DNA of 64,000 nucleotides from an uncultured Opitutaceae bacterium (GCA_964547325.1 CAZJNA010000002.1:6652-70651); one strand, 5' to 3'. Positions 47,953-58,230 are shown, numbered from the stretch's first letter. The notes: a model not told the origin generated them from the letters alone. Made by a program: numbers and translations.

Positions 47953-49182
47953 ATGCCCTGGTATCTTTACCTGGCGCTGAAGCAGTTGTTTCCGTCGGGA
48001 AAGCGGTTTCCGTTCTTCACGGCAATCTCGGTCTTTGGCGTCGCCCTGGGCGTCATGGTGCTGATCGTGACGACGAGCGTCATGGGCGGGTTCCATTACG
48101 AGCTCAGGGAGATGATCGTGAACAAGGAGGGGGAGGTCCAGGTCAAGGCGCAGGGACTCATGCCGAACTATCCCGCCGTGGTCCGGCGCGTGGAGTCCGT
48201 TCCCGGCGTCGTGGCGGCCACGCCCTATGCCGGGACGTCGGTTATGGTGAAGTTTCAGGGCCGGCCCGCGTACCCCCTGCTCACCGGAATCGATCCGTCG
48301 AGCGTCGAACGGGTCACGCGGCTCCGGCAGTATGTCGTCCTCGGCTCCCTGGACGACCTCGACGACGATTCCGTGATTCTCAGCTCCGTCCTGGCGCGCA
48401 GCCTCGGCGCGGGCGTGGGCGACTCCATCGAGGTGTATTCGCCGCTTCTCGTGGAGAAGCTGACCAAGGACGAGGTTTTCCTGCCGCGCTCGGTCCGCGT
48501 TGCCGGGATCATCGAGTTCGGGCACCAGCAGCTGGACCTTAGCACGGTCTATTGCACCCTGCGGCTTGCCCAGGATCTCTTCGGCCTCGATACGACGGTC
48601 CACGGGCTGTACGTGCGGCTGGCGCCCGGCCTGAACGAGGACGAGGGCGCGGCGCGGATCAACGCCGTGCTGCCGCAGGACATCCGCGCCTTTTCCTGGG
48701 AGGACCTCTGGAGCGACTTCCTGTGGATCCTCAACCTCGAGAAAAGCATGATCTTCTTCATGCTGTTCATCATCGTGATCGTCGCGGCCTTCTCGGTCAC
48801 GAGCTCGCTCCTGATCTCGGTCATCCGAAAGACGCGCGAGATCGGCCTTCTGGGCGCCCTCGGGGCGCAGCCGCGCCAGGTGGCGGCCTGCTTCTGCGTC
48901 CAGGGGCTTTTCATCGGGATCCTGGGGACGGCCGTCGGGCTCGGGCTCGGCTTCGGGGCCCTTGCCGTCCGCAACGACGTCGTGATGGGAATAGCGCGGG
49001 CGACGCAGCGCGACGAGGTGCTCCGCCGCTTCTACCAGTTCAGCGAGCTGCCCGCCCACACGGCCGCGCGGGACGTCGTCCTCACCGTCGTCCTCACGAT
49101 CGTCGTCTCCACCCTGGCCGGACTGCTGCCCGCCTGGCGGGCAGCGCGGCTGAAGCCCGTGGAGGCCCTGCGCAATGAGTGA
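47953..49182 (+). CDS. lolE: Lipoprotein-releasing system permease (LolC/LolE, FtsX/MacB type)
   Basis: MacB-like periplasmic domain between TM1 and TM2, a C-terminal FtsX domain, followed by lolD. Confidence 0.8.
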   Translation: MPWYLYLALKQLFPSGKRFPFFTAISVFGVALGVMVLIVTTSVMGGFHYELREMIVNKEGEVQVKAQGLMPNYPAVVRRVESVPGVVAATPYAGTSVMVKFQGRPAYPLLTGIDPSSVERVTRLRQYVVLGSLDDLDDDSVILSSVLARSLGAGVGDSIEVYSPLLVEKLTKDEVFLPRSVRVAGIIEFGHQQLDLSTVYCTLRLAQDLFGLDTTVHGLYVRLAPGLNEDEGAARINAVLPQDIRAFSWEDLWSDFLWILNLEKSMIFFMLFIIVIVAAFSVTSSLLISVIRKTREIGLLGALGAQPRQVAACFCVQGLFIGILGTAVGLGLGFGALAVRNDVVMGIARATQRDEVLRRFYQFSELPAHTAARDVVLTVVLTIVVSTLAGLLPAWRAARLKPVEALRNE

Positions 49183-49864
49183 ATGGGTCCTCAGCGCCCG
49201 CGGCCTTCGCAAGAGTTACAAGAGCGGCGACCGCCGGATCGAGGTTCTGCGCGGCGCGGACATCGCGATCGGCTCCGGGGAGAGCGTCAGCATCCGCGGC
49301 GAGTCCGGCTCCGGAAAATCCACGCTGCTCAACCTGCTGGCGGGGCTGGACGCCGCCGACTCGGGCACGCTCGCGTGGGCGGGCTCCGCCGACACGGGTC
49401 CGGACAGGCGCGCGGACTTTCTCGGCATGGTCTTCCAGGCGTTCTACCTCATCCCCGAGATGAATGCGCGCGAGAACGTTCTCATGGCCCGGAGGATCCG
49501 CGGGAGGCTTGACGCGGGGGCGCGGGCGAAGGCGGACCAGCTCCTCGCGAGGGTGGGCCTGGCCGAGCGCGGCCACCACCTGCCCGCGCATCTCTCGGGC
49601 GGCGAGCGCCAGCGGGTCGCGGTGGCCCGGGCGCTCATGAATTCGCCGCGGCTCCTGCTCGCCGACGAGCCCACGGGCAACTTGGACGAGGGTTCCGGCG
49701 AGGCGGTCGTCGACCTGCTCCTCGGACTCTGCCGGGAGACGGGCACGGCTCTCGTCCTTGTGACCCACAACGCGGCCTTCGGCCTGAAGACGGGCCGCCA
49801 GCTTCTCCTGCGCGAGGGAACGCTGCACGAACTTAACGGTTCACAGCCGGCTCCTTCAGGCTAA
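49175..49864 (+). CDS. lolD: Lipoprotein-releasing system ATP-binding protein
   Basis: GESGSGKSTLLN, LSGGERQRVAVARAL, LLLADEPTGNLD. 8-bp overlap with lolE. Confidence 0.85.
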   Translation: MSEWVLSARGLRKSYKSGDRRIEVLRGADIAIGSGESVSIRGESGSGKSTLLNLLAGLDAADSGTLAWAGSADTGPDRRADFLGMVFQAFYLIPEMNARENVLMARRIRGRLDAGARAKADQLLARVGLAERGHHLPAHLSGGERQRVAVARALMNSPRLLLADEPTGNLDEGSGEAVVDLLLGLCRETGTALVLVTHNAAFGLKTGRQLLLREGTLHELNGSQPAPSG

Positions 49865-49873
49865 GTCTTCCCC

Positions 49874-50854
49874 ATGGCCAAGAAGATCGCATGCGGCGTC
49901 GTCGGGGTGGGCTCCCTCGGCCAGCACCACGCCCGCATCTACGCCGGGATGCCGGGAGCCGAGCTCGCGGGCATCCACGAGACGGACGACGCCCGCGCGG
50001 CTGAGATTTGCGGGCGCCTTGGCTGCCGGCGCTATTCCACGCTCGATGAGCTCGGAGAGGCCTGCGACGCGGTCTCGATCGTCGTTCCCACGGACCGTCA
50101 CGCCGCCGTCGCGCTGCCGCTCCTCGCCCGCGGCTGCCACCTCCTGATCGAGAAGCCCATCTGCGCCTCGCTCGAGGAGGCGGAGCAGGTCCTCGCCGCC
50201 GCGCAGAAGCACGGCGCGATCGTCCAGGTCGGCCACGTCGAGCACTTCAACCCGGTGATGACCTTCCTCGAGAAGGAGGCCGACAATCCCCAATACATAA
50301 CCGCGGAGCGGCTGGCCCCCTACCAGACCCGGGGCACGGAGGTCGGCGTCGTCCTGGACCTCATGATCCACGACATCGGGATCGTCCTGGCGCTGGTCAG
50401 GTCGCCGATCGCCCGGCTGGACAGCGTCGGCATCAATGTCCTCTCCAAGACCGAGGATATTGCGAACGTCCGGATCCAGTTCGAGAACGGATGCGTGGCC
50501 AATCTCAGCGCGAGCCGGATGAGCCTCAAGAAGTCGCGCGAGATCCGCATCTTCCAGGACAACGCCTACCTCTCGCTCGATTTCATGAACCAGACAGGCC
50601 ACCTCGTGCGCAAGCGCGACATCGTGGCCTACGGGCTCAAGATGAAGGTCGGGCTCGTCAAGGCGGGCGACACGAGCTCGGTGCCGGTCCGCGAGATCCC
50701 GATAGAGAAGGGCGAGCCGCTTGCGCTGGAGCTGAGTCATTTCGTGGAGAGCGTCGCCAAGGCCCGCCAGCCCAAGGTGGGCGCGGCCCTCGGAAAATCG
50801 GCGCTGGAGGTGGCCATCGCGATCACGGAGCAGATCCGGTCCGCGAAGCGATGA
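49874..50854 (+). CDS. Gfo/Idh/MocA-family NAD-dependent oxidoreductase (GnnA-like candidate)
   Basis: Rossmann GVVGVGSLGQHHARIY, EKP motif LLIEKP, QVGHVEHFNP. The stop overlaps the lpxB start. Confidence 0.75.
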   Translation: MAKKIACGVVGVGSLGQHHARIYAGMPGAELAGIHETDDARAAEICGRLGCRRYSTLDELGEACDAVSIVVPTDRHAAVALPLLARGCHLLIEKPICASLEEAEQVLAAAQKHGAIVQVGHVEHFNPVMTFLEKEADNPQYITAERLAPYQTRGTEVGVVLDLMIHDIGIVLALVRSPIARLDSVGINVLSKTEDIANVRIQFENGCVANLSASRMSLKKSREIRIFQDNAYLSLDFMNQTGHLVRKRDIVAYGLKMKVGLVKAGDTSSVPVREIPIEKGEPLALELSHFVESVAKARQPKVGAALGKSALEVAIAITEQIRSAKR

Positions 50855-51999
50855 GCGCGCCGCCGGCCCTGCCTTTCCGGTTCGCTCCGCCCTCGGGCGG
50901 CCCCGCCGACCTTCTGATCATCGCCGGTGAGCACTCGGGCGACGAGAACGCGGCGCGCATGGCCGCCGAATTCCTCGTCCTGCGGCCGGGAGCCCGGATA
51001 TGCGCCCTGGGCGGCCCCCGGCTCTCAGCCGCCGGCGCCCAGCTTCTCTTCGACCTGACGGCCTCCTCGGTCGTCGGGCTTCTCGGCGTGCTCAGGAACC
51101 TCTCGTTTTTTCGCATGCTGCAGGCGGAGACCCTCCGTTGGATCGCCGAGCACCGGCCGCGCGCCGTCTGCTTCGTGGACTACTCCGGATTCAACCTCCG
51201 GGTGGCGTCGGCCCTCCGCGAAAGGGGGCTGAGCGCAAAGGGGGGAGGGGGGATCCGGCTCGTCTACTACATCAGCCCGCAGATATGGGCGTCGCGCGCC
51301 GGGCGGCGGTTCGCGATGGCGCGCGACCTGGACGCCCTCGCGGTCATCTTTCCCTTCGAATTGAAAACCTACGCGGACACGGGGCTCCGGCCCGAGTTTG
51401 TCGGCCATCCGTTTGTCGCCGCCGGCCATGTTCCGCCGGTGACGTACGATCCGGCCGGCCCGGTCCTGCTCCTGCCCGGAAGCCGCCGGCAGGCTGTGGC
51501 CCGAATCTTCCCCGTCCTCCTCGCGGCGCACCGGGACTTTGGCGGGCGCGGCGCGGTCGCGATCTATCCCAGCGAGGAGATTCTTGCGGTCCTGCGCGGC
51601 GCCGGTCCCCCCGCGTCCGTCCAGCTCCAGCCGACCGGTGCGCCCGTGGCCGCTTCGGCCGTCCTCACTTCGAGCGGAACGATGTCCATGCATTGCGCCC
51701 TCGCGGGAATCCCGGGCGCGATCGCCTACCGGATCGATCCGCTGACCTACTGGATCGGACGCTGGCTCGTCAAGGTGCCCCACCTCGGGATCGCCAACCT
51801 GATTCTCGGCGAGGCGATGTATCCGGAATATATCCAGGGCGCCGCGACACCGGAGGCCCTCGCCGACGAATTGCGCGCCTGCCTGGAAGGTCCCGCGCGG
51901 CGCGAACGGGCGGCCGCGCAGGCCGCCAGGCTGCGGGGCCTGCTGAGCCAAGCCGCGGGCAGCACGCCCGGCGAATGGCTTTCTCGCCAGGTGCCCTGA
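50851..51999 (+). CDS. lpxB: Lipid-A-disaccharide synthase
   Basis: LLIIAGEHSGDENAARM N-terminus, GT19 layout, ATG 50851 (ATGA overlap). The track ORF start at 50491 is over-extended. Confidence 0.85.
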   Translation: MSAPPALPFRFAPPSGGPADLLIIAGEHSGDENAARMAAEFLVLRPGARICALGGPRLSAAGAQLLFDLTASSVVGLLGVLRNLSFFRMLQAETLRWIAEHRPRAVCFVDYSGFNLRVASALRERGLSAKGGGGIRLVYYISPQIWASRAGRRFAMARDLDALAVIFPFELKTYADTGLRPEFVGHPFVAAGHVPPVTYDPAGPVLLLPGSRRQAVARIFPVLLAAHRDFGGRGAVAIYPSEEILAVLRGAGPPASVQLQPTGAPVAASAVLTSSGTMSMHCALAGIPGAIAYRIDPLTYWIGRWLVKVPHLGIANLILGEAMYPEYIQGAATPEALADELRACLEGPARRERAAAQAARLRGLLSQAAGSTPGEWLSRQVP

Positions 52000-52035
52000 T
52001 CGGGTCGGCAAGGACAGGTCTCCGCGATCGGCCAA

Positions 52036-54363
52036 ATGGATATGGCCAACCGGGCCGCGTTTTGCCTGACTTCCCAAATGCCCCCCGGCGAGACCCCGAT
52101 CTCCGGTCGGAAGAGCTGGATCCGCTTTCTGCCGCTCCTTGTTTTTGCGGCGGCGGGTCTTGCCTCCCTTTACTTGTCGCTGATGCTTCGCAGCGCGGCC
52201 CATCGCGCACTGTGGGAGTCGCGCCTGCCCTCCATCGCGCTCGCCGCCGGGGTCGGCGTCGCCGCGCTCGCCGCTGCGCTCGTGCGCGAGCTCCTGAAGA
52301 CGCGCGAGCGGGCGCTCGCCGAGGCGGAGCGCATGACGGCCGACCTGCGCGGGGTCCAGCAGCAGCTGGCCCGCGAGGAGGCGCTCTTCCGCTTCATCTA
52401 CGAGAACGCCCCCGTGGGCCTATCCTGGCTGGAAGGGCAGCGTGGCGAGACGCGGCTTGTCAACAAGGCCCACGTGAGGATCACGGGCGTTTCCGTTGAG
52501 AAATCCCGGGACACCGCGAACTACGTCGCCGTCAGCCATCCGGACGACCGGGAGATGCAGCAGCTCCTCATGGAGCGGCTCTACCGGGGCGAGATCGAGC
52601 AGTTTTCCATGGAGAAGCGCTACGTGCACCCCAACGGAAAGCTCGTCTGGGCGCTCCTCACGATGCACGCCTACCGGGATCCCGTGAGCGGCGAGATGAG
52701 GGAGGTGAACACGATCGTCGATATCACCGAGGCAAAGCGGGTCCAGGAGGAGACGGCCCGCGATCAGGCCCGCCAGGCCGCGGCCATGACCGCCGCAAAA
52801 GAGGCGGCCGAGCAGGCGAACAACGCCAAGAGCCAGTTCCTCGCGATGATGAGCCACGAGATCCGGACGCCGATGAACGGCGTGATCGGCATGACGAGCC
52901 TCCTCCTCGATTCGCCGCTGAGCGCCGAGCAGCGGGAATACGCCGAGACGATCCGCCACAGCGGCGAGGCGCTGCTGACGATCATCAACGACATCCTCGA
53001 TTTCTCGAAGATCGAGTCCGGCCGGCTGGAGATCGAGCGGGAGGCGTTCGGCCTGCGCGAGTGCGTCGAGGGCACGCTCGACCTCCTCGCGCCCCAGTTC
53101 GCGGCGAAGCGGCTCGATCTTCTCTATGAGATCGCCGACGGCGTCCCCGGGCAGGTCCGCGGCGACGTCACGCGTCTCCGCCAGATTCTCGTCAACCTCC
53201 TCGGCAACGCCCTGAAGTTCACGGAGTCGGGAGAAGTCGTGCTCAGCGTGCGCGCTCAGCCCGCGAACGATGCCCGCACGGAGCTTGTTTTCGCTGTGAG
53301 GGACACGGGGATCGGCATCCCTGGCGAGGCCATGGATCGCCTTTTCCAGTCCTTTTCCCAGGTGGACGCCTCGACGACCCGAAGGTTCGGCGGCACCGGC
53401 CTCGGGCTTGTCATAAGCAAGCGTCTCGCCGAGATCATGGGCGGCAGGATGTGGGTCGAGAGCGAGGTGGAAAAAGGCTCGACCTTTTCCTTCACGCTCC
53501 TGGTCGAGGCGGTGCCGAGCAAGCCGCGTCCCTACCTGGGGCCCGCCGTGAGCCATCTCGCCGGAAAGCGCCTCCTCGTCGTGGACGACAACGCGACCAG
53601 CCGGCGCATCCTGACCGCCCTCGCGACCGGCTGGGGCATGTCCATCCGGGCAGCATCCTCCGGAGAGGAGGTCCTCGGCTGGCTGCGGAACGGCGAAGCT
53701 TTCGACGTCGCCGTCCTCGACATGCAGATGCCTACCATGGACGGAAGCATGCTCGCGCGCGAGATCCGCACTCTGCGCGATGCCGAACAGCTTCCGCTGA
53801 TCATGCTGTCATCGCTCGGGCACCGGGAGCACAGCGGCGATCCCTCGCTCTTCGCCGCCTATCTCGCCAAGCCGGCAAAGCCCTCCCAGCTCTTCGAAAC
53901 GCTGTCCGAGGTGCTCCAGGCGCGGGAACTCGATTCGGCCCAGGTTTTTCAGCCGGGCGACGTCGCGGAGCCGGCGATCCGGCGCGCCGAGCGCGTGCTC
54001 GTCGCCGAGGACAATGCGGTGAACCAGAAAGTCGCCCTCTTCATTCTCGCAAAGCTGGGATACCGCGCGGACGTCGCCGCGGACGGGAGGGAGGCCCTGG
54101 CGGCGCTCGGCCGGCAGGCCTACGACATCGTCCTTATGGACGTGCACATGCCCGAAATGGACGGGCTCGAAGCGACCCGCCGGATCAGAGCCGGCAATCC
54201 GCCGAACAGGCCATGGATCATCGCCCTCACCGCGAACGCGATGTATGGCGACCGGGAACTCTGCCTGGCCGCGGGAATGGACGATTACATCAGCAAGCCG
54301 ATCAAGCCCGGGGAGCTCGCCACTGCGCTGGGCAGGGCCCAGCCCGGCGCGCCCGCAACCTGA
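52036..54363 (+). CDS. Hybrid sensor histidine kinase (2 TM, PAS, HisKA, HATPase_c, two receiver domains)
   Basis: H-box SHEIRTPMNGV, G-boxes DTGIGI and GGTGLGL, and receivers LLVVDDNATSRRIL...LDMQMP and VLVAEDNAVNQKV...MDVHMPEMDG. Confidence 0.9.
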   Translation: MDMANRAAFCLTSQMPPGETPISGRKSWIRFLPLLVFAAAGLASLYLSLMLRSAAHRALWESRLPSIALAAGVGVAALAAALVRELLKTRERALAEAERMTADLRGVQQQLAREEALFRFIYENAPVGLSWLEGQRGETRLVNKAHVRITGVSVEKSRDTANYVAVSHPDDREMQQLLMERLYRGEIEQFSMEKRYVHPNGKLVWALLTMHAYRDPVSGEMREVNTIVDITEAKRVQEETARDQARQAAAMTAAKEAAEQANNAKSQFLAMMSHEIRTPMNGVIGMTSLLLDSPLSAEQREYAETIRHSGEALLTIINDILDFSKIESGRLEIEREAFGLRECVEGTLDLLAPQFAAKRLDLLYEIADGVPGQVRGDVTRLRQILVNLLGNALKFTESGEVVLSVRAQPANDARTELVFAVRDTGIGIPGEAMDRLFQSFSQVDASTTRRFGGTGLGLVISKRLAEIMGGRMWVESEVEKGSTFSFTLLVEAVPSKPRPYLGPAVSHLAGKRLLVVDDNATSRRILTALATGWGMSIRAASSGEEVLGWLRNGEAFDVAVLDMQMPTMDGSMLAREIRTLRDAEQLPLIMLSSLGHREHSGDPSLFAAYLAKPAKPSQLFETLSEVLQARELDSAQVFQPGDVAEPAIRRAERVLVAEDNAVNQKVALFILAKLGYRADVAADGREALAALGRQAYDIVLMDVHMPEMDGLEATRRIRAGNPPNRPWIIALTANAMYGDRELCLAAGMDDYISKPIKPGELATALGRAQPGAPAT

Positions 54364-54370
54364 GGGCTTT

Positions 54371-55447
54371 CTAGACGGGGCAGCCGCTTATGCCGGCGGC
54401 CGGATTCGCCGTCCGGTGCGCCAGCAGGGGCTCAACCTGCCGCCAGAGCACATCCGTGCGCGCGGCGAGGAGGGCCCGGCATCGCGCGATTTCGGACTCC
54501 CTCGAAGCCCGGTTCCTATCGGCAATCCGGGCCAGGTCGTCCAGATCGTAGCGAAAGACGTTCTCAAGGTCCGCGACCGCCGGTTCGACGTCCCGGGGCA
54601 GGGCGAGGTCTATGAAGAACAGGGGCCGGGTCGGCCGCCTCCGCATCGCCGCCTCCGCGGCCGCGAGCGAGAGAACCGCATGCGGCGCAGCCGTGGAACA
54701 GACGACGACGTCGAACTCCGCAAGCCGCGCCTCCCTCTGGTCGAAGGGAAGGGCGCTCCCTCCTAATTTCCCCGCGAGCTCCATGGCCCGCTCGCTGCTG
54801 CGGCTCGACACCGTGAGCGCCAAGGCCCCGCGGCTCTGGAAGGCCCGCGCGGTCTTCTCGCCGATCTCGCCGGCGCCGACCATGAGGACCCGGGCGTGGG
54901 CAAGGTTGCCGAAGATATTCTGCGCGAGGTCCACCGCCACGTTCGAGACGCTGACCTGGCCCGCGGTGATGGCGGTGTGGCTGCGGACGTGCTTCGCCGC
55001 CTGGAACGCCTTCTGGAATATTCGATTCAGGAGGGGGCCGGCGGCGCCCCGCGCCTGGGCCGCGGCGTAGGCCGCCTTCACCTGGCCGAAGATCTCCGTC
55101 TCCCCGAGCATCTGCGAATCCAGGCCCGAGGACACCTCGAGCAGGTGCTGCACGGCGTCGCGGCCGTGAAGCCTCAGCCGGAATTTCTCGAATTCCACGG
55201 GATCGAAGCGCTGCCTCGCGCAGAATGCCGCCTGGACGCGCGCCGCAGCGCCGTCGTCCGCGCCGACGCCGTAGAACTCGACGCGGTTGCAGGTGCTCAG
55301 CATGGCGAATTCCCTCAGCTCCCGCAGGCCCGAGAGCTCCAATCCCAGAGCGGCCTCGGCCTCGGAATCGAGGGCGAGCCTCTCCCGCACCTCCAGGGGG
55401 GCCGTGTGATGGGTCGCGCCGACGAGGAAGAATCCGGGACCGCTCAT
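54371..55447 (-). CDS. hemA: Glutamyl-tRNA reductase
   Basis: GATHHTAPLEVRERL, STCNRVEFY, NADPH site VLMVGAGEIG. ATG 55447; the 630-aa track ORF is over-extended. Confidence 0.9.
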   Translation of the reverse strand: MSGPGFFLVGATHHTAPLEVRERLALDSEAEAALGLELSGLRELREFAMLSTCNRVEFYGVGADDGAAARVQAAFCARQRFDPVEFEKFRLRLHGRDAVQHLLEVSSGLDSQMLGETEIFGQVKAAYAAAQARGAAGPLLNRIFQKAFQAAKHVRSHTAITAGQVSVSNVAVDLAQNIFGNLAHARVLMVGAGEIGEKTARAFQSRGALALTVSSRSSERAMELAGKLGGSALPFDQREARLAEFDVVVCSTAAPHAVLSLAAAEAAMRRRPTRPLFFIDLALPRDVEPAVADLENVFRYDLDDLARIADRNRASRESEIARCRALLAARTDVLWRQVEPLLAHRTANPAAGISGCPV

Positions 55448-56289
55448 CGCGCTGCCTCCCGGCTCGCGGCGAGGGTGGGATGCCGGCTGGCATCCACGGG
55501 ACCGAGGGAGATCAGTGCGGCCGCAAAGAGGGCCAGGCACGTCCAGGCGAAGCGCTTGGACAGCAGACGCCCCCCGAGACGAAGCGCGAGCGTCGCGGCG
55601 TAGGCCGCCCAGACGCCGACCGTGATCAGGAGCGTGACCTTGTTGACGGTCGCCGTGTCGCGCAGCCAGTAGACCGTCCCCACGGCGAGCGAGGCGCTGA
55701 GCAGGGCGACCCCGGTGCCGAGGAGCCTGAGACCGATGTGATCCAGGTCCACGATGGACGGCAGGAAGGAGAACCAGCCGTCGAGATGCTTCGCCTTCAA
55801 GGAATAGTTCCGCAGGAGGAAGAGTACGGAGGTCAGCGCGAGAAGCCCGAAGACGCCATAGCTGAAGAGGGCGAGCGCCGCGTGGAGCTCGATCCAGGGA
55901 TTGGCGCCGAAAATGTGCACGCGGCGCGTCTGATCCCAGGAGCGAATCGAGAGGGAGGCGAGAGTCAGGAAGGCCCCGAGACCCGAGGTGAAGTAACCGA
56001 GAAGGCTGGAGCGGAAGGTCACGCCGACCACCAGGTAGAGCGTGATCGCCGACCAGGCTACGAACTGCAGCATCTCGAACGTGTTTCCGAGCGGGCAGCC
56101 CCCGTCCGCGCGGCCCCGGAGGTAGAGGCCGACGTACTGGAGGACGTAGCCCGCGGCCACGATCCCGTACGTCACCCCGCTCGAGGGCCGTTCGCCGCGC
56201 ATGACCGACCAGGCGCCGCGCAGGAATCCCGCGAGGTAACAGCCCGCGGCCAGCCACAGCCACTGGCGGTCGGTGAGCACGGAAAACAT
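55444..56289 (-). CDS. Cytochrome c assembly family membrane protein (CcsA/HemX-like)
   Basis: 281 aa, eight helices, classical position upstream of hemA with an ATGA overlap. Confidence 0.65.
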   Translation of the reverse strand: MFSVLTDRQWLWLAAGCYLAGFLRGAWSVMRGERPSSGVTYGIVAAGYVLQYVGLYLRGRADGGCPLGNTFEMLQFVAWSAITLYLVVGVTFRSSLLGYFTSGLGAFLTLASLSIRSWDQTRRVHIFGANPWIELHAALALFSYGVFGLLALTSVLFLLRNYSLKAKHLDGWFSFLPSIVDLDHIGLRLLGTGVALLSASLAVGTVYWLRDTATVNKVTLLITVGVWAAYAATLALRLGGRLLSKRFAWTCLALFAAALISLGPVDASRHPTLAASREAAR

Positions 56290-56336
56290 GGGAGGGTCAG
56301 CTTACGCCAGCGCCACCCTGAGGCAAGACCGCCCAA

Positions 56337-57494
56337 TCATCGGCGCTGGGGGAAATCCTTCCATGCCCACTCCAGGGCTTCCGTGATGGTCTGCGCCCTC
56401 ACTGCGCGGTCCGTGTGCCCGGCGTTCAGGGCGAAAACGTATTGGTAGTGGTAGCCCTTCGCCTTGAGCACGGTCGCCATGCGGTTGTTGGCCGCGACCC
56501 AGTCGTGCATGCCGTCGCGAAGAGGGTTCGGATTGTAATTGTCGCGGTCGCCCACCTCCAGCCACACGCGAATGGGCTTCTGAGGGCTCCCCGGGATGAG
56601 ATGCTCGTGATACTCCCAGGCGCCATGGGGAGCGTCTGGATTCAAGGGGGAGGCCTGGTTTACATAGGTGCCGGAATAGGTGATCACGCGGTGGTAAAGC
56701 TCCGGGTGATACCATGCCATGGTGAACGCCGCGGCGCCCCCGGAGCTGCCGCCCATGGTTGCGCGCGCATCCGGATCCCTGGAAATGACGACGTTGCATT
56801 GCGCCTCCACGAGCGGGAACACCTCCGCTTCGACGAATTCGGCGTATCTGCCGGATAGTGTATCGTACTCCAATCCCCGCTCGCTTCCCTGGGCGTCGCC
56901 ACCCCCATTTTGGATCATCACGGCCACCATCGCCGGAATGCGATGCCGGGCGATCAGGTTGTCGAGCACCACAGGCAGGCTGTTGTCCGGGCCGTCCTGT
57001 ACCACGATGACGGGCGCGGGAGTTCCGGGGACGTATTGGGCGGGCACGTAAACGGTAACCGTCCGCGTGTAGGGCTTCGGGTAAGTCTTCACCTGGGTCC
57101 AGTCCGGCGGATAGTAGTTTGGGGGGCCGCCCGGCGGAACCTTGGTGATGCCCGGATAGTACTTGCTGTCCGTCGAACGCATCGTGAGATGATGCACGGT
57201 TCCATTCGGAACGCCTTCGGCTGGAGTCAGTTCCGGAGCGGGGACGTAGTCCGGACCGATGAGAAAGTCCCCGTCCGCAACCGCGGGCGGATTCATGCCC
57301 GGAGCACCGCGAAGCACCATGGCTTCCCCTGGCTTCGATCCGACGGGAATCAGGACGGGGGTGCCCGGCGCGGTCGGCGATCGGGTTGGGGGCTGCGGCC
57401 GGGGCGGGGCATCGGCGGCGTAGGCATTTTGCAAGAGTGCGAGTGCGATCAAACAGCCGACGATCGGCGTGATTCCAGGGGATGTCTTCTTCAT
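56337..57494 (-). CDS. Secreted esterase (enterochelin-esterase-like / esterase D family)
   Basis: Signal peptide MKKTSPGITPIVGCLIALALLQNAYA, nucleophile region MGGSSGGAAAF, C-terminal GHTD. Confidence 0.7.
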   Translation of the reverse strand: MKKTSPGITPIVGCLIALALLQNAYAADAPPRPQPPTRSPTAPGTPVLIPVGSKPGEAMVLRGAPGMNPPAVADGDFLIGPDYVPAPELTPAEGVPNGTVHHLTMRSTDSKYYPGITKVPPGGPPNYYPPDWTQVKTYPKPYTRTVTVYVPAQYVPGTPAPVIVVQDGPDNSLPVVLDNLIARHRIPAMVAVMIQNGGGDAQGSERGLEYDTLSGRYAEFVEAEVFPLVEAQCNVVISRDPDARATMGGSSGGAAAFTMAWYHPELYHRVITYSGTYVNQASPLNPDAPHGAWEYHEHLIPGSPQKPIRVWLEVGDRDNYNPNPLRDGMHDWVAANNRMATVLKAKGYHYQYVFALNAGHTDRAVRAQTITEALEWAWKDFPQRR

Positions 57495-57577
57495 TTGGGG
57501 TTGGGTTGCAGCAAGCCGTGGGGTCAAGAGGGGGCCGAAGCGAAGGGGCCGGGCGTGCATTTGAGAAATTGTCCCCC

Positions 57578-57844
57578 TCACCGTTGGTTCTTCAGGAAGG
57601 TCTCGACCTCATCATGCGTGCCGCACAGGTGGAAGACGAGGGCTTGTCCCTCGCGCTGGAAGACAAGCCTTAAGTCCAGGCCGCAGCGACATTCCATGAA
57701 CGGCCGGATGCGTCGCAGCCCGACCCCGGCGTGAAGGTGGGGTTGGCCGTAGGCGCTTCCAGCGGCCTTCATGGCCGCCAGAGCCTCCGCCCGCCGGGAA
57801 GACGGGACGCTTTTAAGGAAGCGCGGCGTCGCCAATAACCTCAC
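57578..57844 (-). CDS. RelE/ParE-superfamily type II toxin
   Basis: 88 aa. The GTG start overlaps the antitoxin stop (GTGA). The C-terminal LRLVFQREGQALVFHLCGTHDEV pattern is RelE/YafQ-like. Confidence 0.6.
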   Translation of the reverse strand: MRLLATPRFLKSVPSSRRAEALAAMKAAGSAYGQPHLHAGVGLRRIRPFMECRCGLDLRLVFQREGQALVFHLCGTHDEVETFLKNQR

Positions 57845-58143
57845 GGGGCGAGGTCGGCCAGCTCGGCAATCTCACGCAATTTCCCCGTGCGGCGCGCACG
57901 CGCCGTCTCCCTCCTCATCGCAAGGCCCGCCCTGAAGGCTTGTGCGGGTGCAAGGCCGTATTCCGAGGCAAAATAGGCCTCATCGGACTCGGTGACCGCA
58001 AAAGGGAGGCCGCGCCGATTGACGAGCTGGGTCAAGGCCATGGAGAAGAACGATCCGGCATCCAGCCCAAGCCCCTTGAGGACGGAGTCGCTCTCCTTCT
58101 TCAGGCCACGATCTATGCGCGCGCGTATTTGAATGGTTGCCAT
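57841..58143 (-). CDS. RelB/DinJ-family antitoxin
   Basis: MATIQIRARIDRGLKKESDSVLKGLGLDAGSFFSMALTQLVNRRGLPF closely follows the DinJ N-terminal RHH pattern. Confidence 0.75.
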   Translation of the reverse strand: MATIQIRARIDRGLKKESDSVLKGLGLDAGSFFSMALTQLVNRRGLPFAVTESDEAYFASEYGLAPAQAFRAGLAMRRETARARRTGKLREIAELADLAP

Positions 58144-58230
58144 GCCTCAAAAGTGCTCAAAATGACTCATTCTGTCAAGCGGTGGATGGCGGAACTTGGA
58201 TTGGCACCTGACCGCCGGCAATGGGCTGGC

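Noticed and set aside
45379-49212. 1277-aa ORF on the minus strand, the longest in the track
   Set aside because: Only the last 298 codons (ATG 46275 to 45379) are a real gene (lipA). The remainder is antisense to the well-supported lysS and lolC/E genes, is Arg/Gly/Pro/Asp-rich low-complexity sequence, and is a typical open antisense frame of high-GC DNA.
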